From assembly GCA_963724635.1 (NCBI GenBank), contig CAVRVI010000011.1, forward strand, positions 10,054-74,053: a DNA stretch of 64,000 nt, given 5' to 3'. The notes under the pieces are model-generated. The model did not search any database and was not told the origin of the DNA. It was given only the letters and a program-made list of their open reading frames with translations. Each line of letters opens with the position of its first letter. Positions within the stretch are counted from its first letter, which is position 1. A program made the translations under genes and the position numbers. This stretch comes from an uncultured Chloroflexia bacterium (lineage in GTDB: Bacteria > Chloroflexota > Limnocylindria > Limnocylindrales > CSP1-4). This document shows positions 48,832 through 58,068 of this stretch, one piece after another.

Positions 48832-49469
48832 CCGAGGACGGGGTCCTGCTGCGGGAGGGCCTCGTGCGGGTCCTGCGCGACGGGGGGCATGACGTCGTCG
48901 CCGCCGTCGGCGACGGGAGCACGCTCCTCGCCGCCGTGGCGGGCGCCGACCCTCGCGCTGACCTCGCGATCGTGGATATCCGGATGCCACCGACCTTCAC
49001 CGACGAGGGCCTGCGAGCGGCCGAGACCCTGCTCGGCGGTGATCCGGCGACCGCCGTCCTCGTCCTGTCCCAGGCGGTGGAGCCCGGTCACGCGGTCCGC
49101 CTGCTGGGTGACGGCCGCGGCGGGGTCGGCTACCTGCTCAAGGATCGGGTGGCTGACGTGGACGACCTCCTTGACGCCGTCCGGCGCGTGGGGCACGGCG
49201 GCACGGTCATCGACCCCGAGGTCGTGGCGATCCTCGTGCGGCGGCGGCGCGACCACGACACTCTGACCGACCTCACGGATCGCGAAGGCGAGGTCCTCGC
49301 CCTGATGTCCGAGGGCCGCTCGAACGCCGCGATCGCGGCACGGCTCGGGATGGGTGAGAAGACCGTCGAGACGCATGTCTCGCGCATCTTCTCCAAGCTC
49401 GGCCTGGAGCCGGAGCCGGACGACCATCGCCGAGTCCTCGCGGTGCTGACCTGGTTGCGAGCGCGATGA
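48816..49469 (+). CDS. NarL/LuxR-family response regulator
   Basis: MRIVLAEDGVLLREG, AIVDIRMPP, YLLKD, HTH (LTDREGEVLALMSEGRSNAAIAARLGMGEKTVETHVSRIFSKL). Confidence 0.9.
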   Translation: MRIVLAEDGVLLREGLVRVLRDGGHDVVAAVGDGSTLLAAVAGADPRADLAIVDIRMPPTFTDEGLRAAETLLGGDPATAVLVLSQAVEPGHAVRLLGDGRGGVGYLLKDRVADVDDLLDAVRRVGHGGTVIDPEVVAILVRRRRDHDTLTDLTDREGEVLALMSEGRSNAAIAARLGMGEKTVETHVSRIFSKLGLEPEPDDHRRVLAVLTWLRAR

Positions 49470-49497
49470 CCGTGGCCGTGGCGCGTCGGCGCCGCCG

Positions 49498-49878
49498 TCA
49501 TTCGGTGTTGCGCATCGCCTCCGCGGCCAGCGTGATGTAGGCCTCGAGCTCGGCGGCCACGTCGGGTGGCGGGTCGAGTTCGGCGAGCGCGGTGCGCATG
49601 TGCAGCAGCCATCGGTCGCGGGCGGTGGCATCGATCGCGAACGGGAAATGTCGCTGGCGCAGCCGCGGGTGGCCGCGCTCGGCTTCGTAGGTGCGCGGCC
49701 CGCCCCAGTATTGCGCCAGGAAGAGGGTCAGTCGACGCGTCGCGGGCGCGAGGTCGGCTTCCGGATAGAGCGGACGGAGGACCTCGTCATCGGCGACCCC
49801 GGCGTAGAAGCGGGTGACCAGGGCCTCGAAGAACGGCATGCCGCCGGCCCGGGCATAGAGGCTGGTCTGGTCGATCAC
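49498..49878 (-). CDS. glbO: Group II truncated haemoglobin (trHbO)
   Basis: SLYARAGG..FFEALVTRFY, LRPLYPE, FLAQYWGGP..Y....GHPRLRQRHFPF. Confidence 0.85.
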   Translation of the reverse strand: MIDQTSLYARAGGMPFFEALVTRFYAGVADDEVLRPLYPEADLAPATRRLTLFLAQYWGGPRTYEAERGHPRLRQRHFPFAIDATARDRWLLHMRTALAELDPPPDVAAELEAYITLAAEAMRNTE

Positions 49879-49981
49879 CGTCCGAGGATAGGTACTCGGC
49901 CCGGCGCCGATGCGGGTTGCGCGCGACCCACGCTCGCCGGGAGCGACGCGTTGCGCCGCGTGACCGCGCGAGGGGCGACCG

Positions 49982-50107
49982 TCAGCGGCGGGCGCGCGTC
50001 GGGCGAGTCGACCGGGTCGTGCGTTCCGGGCCGCGCAGGTTCGCGGCGGCGATGTCGAGGAACGCGAGGGACCCGATCGCGAGGATCAGCAGGCTGAGCG
50101 TATCCAT
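49982..50107 (-). CDS. Candidate 41-aa single-TM small protein
   Basis: MDTLSLLILAIGSLAFLDIAAANLRGPERTTRSTRPTRARR has a hydrophobic helix and a basic tail. It is the only coding-like frame in the 363-nt gap. No clear SD. Confidence 0.3.
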   Translation of the reverse strand: MDTLSLLILAIGSLAFLDIAAANLRGPERTTRSTRPTRARR

Positions 50108-50241
50108 GCCCGGAGCATGCGCGCGCCCCGAACGCCACGACATCCGGCGAAGGTCCACTCGGGACCTGGCCGGATGACGTAGTCGGGACGAGGAGGGAGG
50201 TGGGTGTGCCGGCGCGATGCCGGCCCGTGGCGGCTGCCCGG

Positions 50242-50781
50242 TCAGGCGGCCGCGGCGACGGCGACGAAGCGGCGCGGGGCGACCATCGGCGCGAGGGCCT
50301 GCTCGACGGGCGAGGCGACCATGACGACGCGGGTCGGGCGACGTACTGGCACGGTCCGGAACGGCTTGAGAGCGAAGCGCATCGCGACGAGCCACGAGCC
50401 GATCATCCAGATGAAGAAGGCGACCGTGGTCGCGTCACCGGCACCCAGGATGGACTCACCGGCGCGGGCGATCATCAGGATCGAAAAGGCCGATGCGCCG
50501 ATCCCGGCGGCGGCGAGGTAGGCCACCAGCGACCCGCTCCAGCGACGACCCCGGACGAGGCCGTAGACCGCAACGAGATGGGCGAGGCCGGCCGCGATCC
50601 CGAGGATCGAGAGCCACGCGGCGAGCGGCATGCCGACACCGGACTGCGGGGCCACGACCGCTCCGAAGGCGAGGACGATCAGGCCGTTGATGGTCGTGAC
50701 GAAGGCGGCGAACCCGCGGGTCCCGCGCTGGAAGCGGATGGGGTCCCAGGTCCGATCGGGGGCGGCGGCGCGGGCGTTCAT
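50242..50781 (-). CDS. Four-TM membrane protein, unknown function
   Basis: 179 aa, including FAAFVTTINGLIVLAFGAVV, LAAWLSILGIAAGLAHLVAVYGLV, LVAYLAAAGIGASAFSILMIA, VAFFIWMIGSWLVAM. The ATG overlaps the upstream stop (ATGA). Confidence 0.55.
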   Translation of the reverse strand: MNARAAAPDRTWDPIRFQRGTRGFAAFVTTINGLIVLAFGAVVAPQSGVGMPLAAWLSILGIAAGLAHLVAVYGLVRGRRWSGSLVAYLAAAGIGASAFSILMIARAGESILGAGDATTVAFFIWMIGSWLVAMRFALKPFRTVPVRRPTRVVMVASPVEQALAPMVAPRRFVAVAAAA

Positions 50782-51017
50782 GCATCGACTCCAGTCGTGG
50801 GCAGGGTCCAGGTCCAGGCGGGGTCGGGCGCGATGACCCGGTCCGCGGTCTCGCCCGTCCGGCGGGCGAGGTCGGCGAAGAAGGCGGCCCGGCGGTGGGA
50901 CACGATGCGGGCGTCCTTGCAGGGGCACCCGTCGACGAGGCAGGCGCGACTCCCGGCGGAGGCGACGTGGGCTGGCACGGTGGCCGTGGTGGCGTTGACC
51001 TGATCCGGGTGGAACAT
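50778..51017 (-). CDS. 79-aa Cys-containing small protein, translationally coupled to 50242..50781
   Basis: MFHPDQVNATTATVPAHVASAGSRACLVDGCPCKDARIVSHRR.... A strong SD (AGGAAGGAG) lies 9 nt upstream of ATG 51017. Confidence 0.4.
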   Translation of the reverse strand: MFHPDQVNATTATVPAHVASAGSRACLVDGCPCKDARIVSHRRAAFFADLARRTGETADRVIAPDPAWTWTLPTTGVDA

Positions 51018-51136
51018 CGCGACTGACTCCTTCCTCATCGACCGTCCGGACGAGGGCCGGTGGTCGATGAGAGGAGGATGGGCGCCGCGCTCGCAGGGTG
51101 GCATCGACGCCGGGCGCGAACCCGCATGGACGGATG

Positions 51137-51596
51137 TCAGTCCGCCGGGACCGACTCCAGGCGACGCTTGAACGCCTCCACGTCGAGGGCCGCCGCCCGT
51201 TGGACCTGCGGGACGACCATCCCCTCGAACATCCGATACCGGAGCGGCACGTCGATCTTCGCCGACCAGCGCAGGCGAGTGCCGCCGTCGTCGGTGGCGG
51301 CAAGCAGCGCGTCGAGTGTCGTGCTGATCCCGTCGGCGTCCTTGCCCGCGATCGCGAAGTGGGTCGGTGCCTCCATGACGCTCACCGCGGCGTCCACCAC
51401 GCTCGCGCGCCCCGCCGCCTTCTGGTCGATGGTCAGGCGCGTGCCGACCGTCACGGGCGCCGCGGACGTCCGGGTCACGCGGACGATCCCGGTGGCGATC
51501 AGCCAGGCGGGCCAGTGGTCGACGTCCGCGAGCGCGGCTGAAGACGACGGCCGGTGGGCGGGCGATGTCGGTCTCGATGACGACCTTGATCGCCAT
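51137..51596 (-). pseudogene. SRPBCC (START/polyketide-cyclase-like) protein, one frameshift near 51530-51540
   Basis: MAIKVVIETDIARPPAVVFS is followed, after removing one C, by ALADVDHWPAWLIATGIVRVTRT.... The rest is in ORF 51137..51478. Confidence 0.65.
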
Positions 51597-51952
51597 CAGC
51601 CGGGCACCGCGTCCGGGACGAGGCGGAAGGACGGGCCGGTCCCGAGCCCTTCCGACGGCGTCCCGTAGCGAAGGATCAGCTCGCGGATGACCCTGGCATG
51701 ATCGGCCCGGTCGAGCTCCACCGCCGTCGCCGTGAACCGGCGACCGCTGACTTCGACCTTTGCGATCGGGTGCGCGAGCAGGTTGAGCCCCCAGGCCGAG
51801 CGCGGACCGTTGGCCGCGACCAGGATGGAGCCATCGGGTTCGGCGACGAAGCCGACGGCGACGTCGCGCGGCTTGCCGGTGATCCGGCCGCGGGTCACGA
51901 GAAGGGCGACCCGGCCGTCGCGGACGAGATCCTGTTCCATCGGCGAGACCAC
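51596..51952 (-). CDS. DUF385 / deazaflavin-dependent nitroreductase-family (PNPOx-like split barrel) protein
   Basis: LLVTRGRITGKPRDVAVGFV..DGSILVAANGPRSAWGLNLLAHP. The family call is by eye. Confidence 0.6.
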   Translation of the reverse strand: MVSPMEQDLVRDGRVALLVTRGRITGKPRDVAVGFVAEPDGSILVAANGPRSAWGLNLLAHPIAKVEVSGRRFTATAVELDRADHARVIRELILRYGTPSEGLGTGPSFRLVPDAVPG

Positions 51953-51957
51953 GGTCG

Positions 51958-54016
51958 TCAGGCGGCCTCCTCGAGGTCGACCGACTTCCCGCGGAATGTC
52001 CCGGTCACCGACGTATCGCCATCTCCGTTGCGCCGATAGCGCAGCGCATCGCCGGCGACGGTCGCGTCGAGCGCGAACGTCCCGGCGTCATCGTCCACGG
52101 TACCCGTCCCGGAGATGGGCAGGCCATCCGTGAACTCGCACGCGTCGAGCGTGATCTTCGTCCCGCTGTCGGTCAGGGCGTACGTGAGGCTGCCGCCGAA
52201 GTCGCAGCCGGCCGCGATGGGCTCGTCGTCCAGGCGGCTGAGGTAGTCCTCCGTGTTCAGCAGTTGGTCGTCCATCGACTGCATCAGCGTCAGCGCGTCA
52301 TCGAACGCGCCCGCCTGGGGCGGCGCGACATTGACGTAGTCGTCGGCGATGCTGCCGGCGCAGGTCGTGATGCGCGCGGCCGGCAGTTCGTCGTTCGCGA
52401 GATAGGCCGCGATCTCCGTGTCCGGACAGGGCTCGCCCCAGCCGAAGATCACGTGCGGGCCGCCCAGCGTCTGGAAGAACCACGCGTCGTCGAGGCGACC
52501 GTAGATCCGATAGCCGTTCGCGATGGCCGTGGCCGGGTCGTTCGTCGAGGTCAGGACGAAGACGGGATACGGGACGTCGAGCAGCGGGGCGGGCCGTTCG
52601 GCGGGCGCGGTCACGTTCGGCCAGTAGAGGCACGGGGTGTCGCCATAGAAGCTGGTCCCCAGGCGCAGGTCGTCGATGCCGGCCTCGGCGCCCGCGGCGA
52701 CCCAGGCCGCCAGACGGGCATCCGGGTCAGCGCCATCGGGGTAGAACGCATAGTCCTGGCACTCGACCGCGTAGTACATCGCGTCGGACCAGGTCGGATC
52801 CTCCTCGGCCTTGAGCGTCTCCGGATCCAGCCCGATCGACCCGTAGGCGAGCCGGGCCAGCGGGACCAGGTTGTCATGGGAGGCGGCAGCGATCGCGCGC
52901 TGCAGCAATTCCCGGTCCGCGGTGCTGAAGATGTAGCCGTAGCCGGCGTTCTCGAGATCCGTGCTGGTCAGGGAGCGTCGCTGGACGGTCCCGTCAGACA
53001 TGGGGAAGTCGAACGGGATCGGGGCCGTCGCCAGCGAGGCGGCGAGGGCGTCGTAGACGGCCAGGGCGTCGCCTCCGTCCACGTCCCCGGCACACGTCGC
53101 ATCGGCTGTGCAGGCTGCCAGGACGGCGACCAGGGTGTCCTCTGCGCTGCGGGTGGTCTCGACGTAGTAGTCGATCCCGTCGATCGTGAGGTCGACGGGG
53201 CCGTCCACGAACAGGGCGGCGACGCGGTCCGGATATGCGGCGGCATAGGCCTGCACGAACTGGGTTCCGTAGCTCTCGCCATAGAGATGCAGCTGATCGA
53301 CGTCGAGGTAGTCGCGGATCGCCTCGAGATCGTGGATGGCCTGGCGCGACGCATACAGCGGGAGGTCAGCCTCGGCGATGCCCGCCTCGGCGATGCAGTC
53401 GGCAGCGAAGCGTCTGGGCGGCCGCGGCCGCGGCAGGTCGCTCGGCTGGGACCTTCACGCGGTTCGGGTCGCCATAGAACACGGCCGCTGCGTCGATGCA
53501 CTGGATCGGCTCCGAGAGCCCGATCCCCCGCTGGTCGATGAACACGATGTCATAGGCATCGGTGATCGAGGCGTCGTAGTAGTCCGTGTACCCGTCAGCG
53601 GAGGCGATGCCGCTACCGCCCGGCCCGCCGACGATGACGACGAAGGTGCCCTTGCGCTCCTTCGCCGCGCGCTGGATGGCGAACGTCACGTCCCAGGTGG
53701 GCCCGCCCGGCGCGGCGTAGTGGTCCTTGGGCACGGCCAGGGTGATGCACTCGAAGCGGCTCTCGGGACAGGGCTTGGTTCCGACCACGTGGTACGTGGC
53801 GTCCGTGACGGCGCTCGTCGGCGCGGGTGGGGCGGATTCCGCGGGCGCCGTCGTCGCTGCGGGCGCGGAGGGGACCGCGGTCGAAGCGGGATCCGGTGAC
53901 GCGGCCGGATCCTGACCGGCCGGCGGATAGGTCCATGTGGTGGTGGGGTCACCGGCGCAGCCGGCCGCGACCAGGGCGAACAGGAGCAGGGTCAGAACCC
54001 CGACAGAACGCCGCAT
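51958..54016 (-). pseudogene. Secreted alpha/beta-hydrolase lipoprotein of the S33 tripeptidyl-aminopeptidase type, one frameshift near 53405-53415
   Basis: The N-terminal part (lipobox LVAAGC; VVIVGGPGGSG; VFIDQRGIGLSEP) is in ORF 53366..54016. The continuation (AADCIAEAG...LHLYGESYGTQFVQAYA...) is in the frame of ORF 51958..53256. Confidence 0.75.
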
Positions 54017-54048
54017 CCGGATCCGATCCCCCGGCTTCGTATGGTCGG

Positions 54049-55228
54049 CTAGCGAGCGCGCTGCCAGGACTTGCCCTCGGTCTGGGTCGAGGGCGCGTAG
54101 ACCATCTCGACCGCCTGCATCTCGCGGATCGTCCGGGCCCCCAGGGCCGCCATCGACTGGCGAAGCGCCCCGACGAGGTTCTCGCTGCCGTCGGTCACGT
54201 GCGCCGGGCCGATCAGGATCCGTTCGAGCGTGCCGGTCGTGCCCACCTTGATCCGCGTGCCGCGCGGCAGGGTGGGCGACGGGGCCGCCATGCCCCAGTT
54301 CGTTCCTCGGCCGGGAGCCTCCTCGGCCTTGGCGAGCGGTGAGCCGATCATGAGGGCGTCAGCGCCGGCGGCGACGGCCTTGGCGAGCTCGCCACCGCGT
54401 CGCATGCCGCCATCGGCGACCACCGGCACGTAGCGGCCGGTCTCGGCGTGATACGCGTCACGCGCCGCGGCGACGTCACTGATCGCGGTGACCTGCGGGA
54501 CCCCGATGCCGAGGACCTCGCGGGTCGTGCAGGCGGCACCCGGCCCGACCCCGACGAAGACGGCAGCCGCGCCCTGCTCCATGAGCGCGAAGGCGGCCTC
54601 GGCGTTGGTCGTGTTGCCGACGGCGACCGGGATGGGCATGTAGCGGGTGAAGTCCTCGAGCGAGAGCGGGTCGTACCCGGTCGCAAGGTGGCGGGCGCTG
54701 CTGACCTGGCTCTGGACGAGGAAGAGGTCGGCACCGTGCTCGGCGCAGAACGGACCGAACCGCCGGGCCGCGGCCGGGGTCGCGGCAACGGCCGCCTTGC
54801 TGCCTGCGGCGTGGATGGCCTCGAGCCGGGCCGCGATGAGGTCCTCGCGGATGGGCTGCTGATAGACCTCGGCGAGGAGGGCCTGGACCTCGCCGTCGGG
54901 CGCGGTCGCGATGCGCTCCAGGACGGCGTCGGGGTCGTCGTAGCGAGCCTGGACGCCTTCGAGATTCAGGATCGCCGAGGCCGCCGAGTCGAGCCAGCTC
55001 GCCGGCCATCCGCACGTCCACGACGGCATCCATGGCCGCGGCGAGGATCGGGATGGCAAGGTCGATGCCGCAGAACGTCTGGGTCAGGTCCACGTCGGCC
55101 GGTTCGACCGTGTCGGTCCCGGGGGCGAGCGAGACATCCTCGAAGCCGTACGTCGGTCGGATCGTGTCGACCTTCGAATGGAAGACGCGGCGCGTGGCCG
55201 CGGGGGACGCCTCGGTTCGCTCGATCAC
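54049..55228 (-). pseudogene. guaB3: GuaB3-type IMP-dehydrogenase-related protein, one frameshift near 54975
   Basis: The N-terminal part (TYGFEDVSLAPG...ILAAAMDAVVDVRMAGELARLGGL) is in ORF 54476..55228. The rest (AILNLEGVQ...VGVGPGAACTTREVLGIG.PQ..AI...ADGGMRRGGELAKA.AAGADALMIGS) is in ORF 54049..55059. Confidence 0.8.
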
Positions 55229-55408
55229 GTAGCCCTCCTGGGTGCGCCGCAGGTGCGTTCCGCCTCACGGTGGGTCGCCAGCCGCACGGCCCGACAGCGC
55301 GAGTCTACCGCGACTCGCGGCCGCAGCGGGTTGCGGACCGGGAACGTCGCTCGGGAACCGGCGCGGGCACAGCGCACGCGGGTCGCGGGCGGTGCCGCGG
55401 CCTGCGTC

Positions 55409-55918
55409 CTACTCCATCGGCTTGCGGTCACCGTCGAGCGTCAGCTCGAACCAGGCGGCGCGCTCCGGGTCGGCGAGGTCATCGCGGATCCGCTCGATCG
55501 CGGTCCGGTAGCCCGGCCAGATCACCTCGTCGTGCGCTTCGTCGACGGCGAGCCACCGTGCGTCGTCGTGCTCGTCAGAGAGCCGCGGCTCCGCCGTGGA
55601 AGGCAACCGCACCGCGAACACGGCCGCCGTGACGATCCCATCCATCGACGGCTCGTGGAACTGATTGACGAGGTCGAGGTCGTAGAAGGCCTCGATGTCC
55701 GCGCCCGCGAAACCGGTCTCCTCGGCCAGTTCGCGCAGGGCGCCCGCCGCGATCCGCTCGTCTGGCTCCAGCGATCCCGACACGCATTGCCACAGGCCCG
55801 GCAGGATCCGTCCCGGAGCACGCTTGACGAGCAGGATCTCCAGGTGCTGGACGCCGCGGGCGGTCAGCGGGGTGCGAAACATCCAGCAATCGATCAGGTC
55901 GGGGCGAAAGGGGCTCAT
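55409..55918 (-). CDS. NUDIX hydrolase
   Basis: Nudix box GSLEPDERIAAGALRELAEETG. ATG at 55918. Confidence 0.85.
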   Translation of the reverse strand: MSPFRPDLIDCWMFRTPLTARGVQHLEILLVKRAPGRILPGLWQCVSGSLEPDERIAAGALRELAEETGFAGADIEAFYDLDLVNQFHEPSMDGIVTAAVFAVRLPSTAEPRLSDEHDDARWLAVDEAHDEVIWPGYRTAIERIRDDLADPERAAWFELTLDGDRKPME

Positions 55919-55925
55919 GGGGTCC

Positions 55926-56594
55926 TCATCGGCCGGCGGCGCTGTCCGGGTTCGCGGCCTCCGGGTCGGCGGCCGCGCGCTGGCGTTCCACGATGCCATG
56001 GAGTTGTTCGAGATGCATCAGGTCGTGGACACCCGCGAAGAGCAGCCACTCCCCGCAGCGGAGTCGACCGACGACCGGGTGGACCAGGGGGCATGGGTCG
56101 GTCTCGTGGCCCGCCACGGTCCGCGCCGACCGTTCCACGATCCGTTGGCTCTGGGCGATCTTGCGCCGCAGCGTGTCGTGATCCACGTCGGCTGACCCCG
56201 GGACGCCAGGAACGACCTGGGGTGCGTCGGTGGGGAAGGTGCCCGCGGCAGCTCGCGCGGCCGCCAGCGACAGGCCGGCCCGAGCGTCACACGCATGGCC
56301 GATCGCCTGGGCGACCGTCCAGTCCTCTTCGCCACCGGGCCGGCGCAGATCGTCATCGGTGAGGTCGTCCACGATCGCGGCCACGGCCGCCGCCGTCGTG
56401 GCGAGTTGGGACGCCAGCGCACCGGCGCTGCCGGTCGCGGACCGACGACGCACCTCGCGGCGGACGGAGAGGAGCGCGCCCTCCTCGATGCCGCGCCAGG
56501 CCGCCACGATGTCCGGGGCACCCGGCTCCAGATCGTCGACCCACGGTCTCACTGGTGCGGGTTGGGTCATCGGATCGCTTCCGTCGGCGACCAC
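55926..56594 (-). CDS. DinB-family (DinB_2 / mycothiol-dependent-enzyme-like four-helix bundle) protein
   Basis: W.VAQAIGHACDA ... LLFAGVHDLMHLEQL matches the His-triad pattern of DinB-like proteins. The start is GTG 56594 or ATG 56570. Confidence 0.6.
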   Translation of the reverse strand: MVADGSDPMTQPAPVRPWVDDLEPGAPDIVAAWRGIEEGALLSVRREVRRRSATGSAGALASQLATTAAAVAAIVDDLTDDDLRRPGGEEDWTVAQAIGHACDARAGLSLAAARAAAGTFPTDAPQVVPGVPGSADVDHDTLRRKIAQSQRIVERSARTVAGHETDPCPLVHPVVGRLRCGEWLLFAGVHDLMHLEQLHGIVERQRAAADPEAANPDSAAGR

Positions 56595-56601
56595 GCGTCG
56601 G

Positions 56602-56931
56602 TCAAAGCCGCTCGAACCGGTCGACGGCCACGACGAACACCGTCGCGCCCCCGACCTCCACCTCCAGCGGGTACGGCATGAAGAACTCGCCGGGCTCCAT
56701 GATCGGCGGCATCGGGTTGACGACCTGGGTCCGCGACGTGCAGGTGTCGCGAACGATCCCCATCACCTCATCGACCTCGGCGTCATCGACGCCCAGGATG
56801 ATGGTGGCGTTGGACTGCTTGAGGAATCCGCCCGAGCTGTGGAGCCGCGTCGCGCGGAACTCCTTGTCGAGCAGGGCATCGACCAGGGCGGAGGCGTCCT
56901 CGTTGTGGACGATGGCGACGACGAGCTTCAT
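56602..56931 (-). CDS. darA: PII-like cyclic-di-AMP receptor (YaaQ/DarA, DUF970)
   Basis: MKLVVAIVHNEDASALVDALLDKEFRATRLHSSGGFLKQSNATIILGVDD..V..V..IV...C. The length is 109 aa. Confidence 0.8.
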   Translation of the reverse strand: MKLVVAIVHNEDASALVDALLDKEFRATRLHSSGGFLKQSNATIILGVDDAEVDEVMGIVRDTCTSRTQVVNPMPPIMEPGEFFMPYPLEVEVGGATVFVVAVDRFERL

Positions 56932-57039
56932 CGCGCGGAGTATCAGCGCCGCGTGCGTGCCCGGTCAACGCATGTTCCGCTCGAATCGTCGGGTGTACGA
57001 TGCGCGCTCCGAAATCATCGTGCGTGCAGGAGTCGACCC

Positions 57040-58054
57040 GTGACCAGCGACGGTCCGTCCCGCGATCCCCGATCCAGCCTGTCCAGCGCCATCGCCGCAG
57101 CCGCGGCCGGGGCCCAGCTCGACGCGTCGCTGCAGGCGATCCTCGACGCCGGCGCCGCCGGCCTGGGTGCCGAGATCGGCGCGATCTTCCTCCAGGATCC
57201 CGACCGACCGGGTCTGACCCTGGCCGCCTCGGTCGGCATGCCCGACCCATCGCGCCTCGAGGCCGAGGCGCAGGACCCTGCCCATCCATTCGCCGAAGCG
57301 GCGGCAACGCGGACGGCGACCTTCGACCGCGTGGCGCTCACCGCAGCCGGCACCGAGTTCGTCGGCGCCTACCTGCCGCTCGTGATCGCCAGTGGCGGCG
57401 TGGACGTCACCCTTGGCTCCATCGGGCTCGGGTGGTCCTCGCCCCATACGCTCGATACCACCGACCGCGAGGTCCTCACGGCACTGGCCTCGCTCGCCGC
57501 CTTGACGGCCGATCGCGCCCGCCTAGGGTCGACCGCGGCGGAGCGCTCGGAGTGGTTCGAGCGCATGGCCCACACGGACCCGCTGACCGGGATCGCCAAT
57601 GAGCGGACGGTCGGACGCATCCTGGAGCTGGAGCTGGCCCGCGCCGGCCGGCAGGGGTCCGAAGTGTCGCTCGCCCTCTTCGATATCGACGACTTCCGCT
57701 CCGCCAACGCGGCCGACGGCCACGAGGTCGGCGACGACATCCTGCGACGCGTCGCGGCCGTGCTGGCCGAGTCGGTCCGGCTCGTCGACACGGTCGGGCG
57801 GATCGGTGGCGACGAGTTCGTCCTGGTCGCGCCGGGCTCGGCAGGCGGCGATGGTCGCCCGGCGGGTCCAGGAAGGGATCGCGGCCCTGCCCGCGGTCGC
57901 GGGACGGATCGTGTCGGTCTCGGCCGGCGTCGTCCGCTTCCCGGTCGACGGCGACGATGCCGAATCGCTCATCGCGGCGGCCACGGCCACGCTGGAGCGC
58001 GCGAAGACCACCGGCGCTGGATCCGTCGCCGAGGCCGAGGCGACCGGGGCCTGA
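57040..58054 (+). pseudogene. GAF-GGDEF diguanylate cyclase, one frameshift near 57845-57852
   Basis: GAF-like N-terminus; DPLTGIANER, LALFDIDDFRSAN, RIGGDEFVLVAPG in the frame of ORF 56230..59910. The C-terminal part (AMVARRVQEGIAAL...VSAGVVRFP..GDDAESLIAAATATLERAK) is in ORF 57599..58054. The GTG start has GGAG 7 nt upstream. Confidence 0.8.
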
Positions 58055-58068
58055 CCACGACGGGTCGG

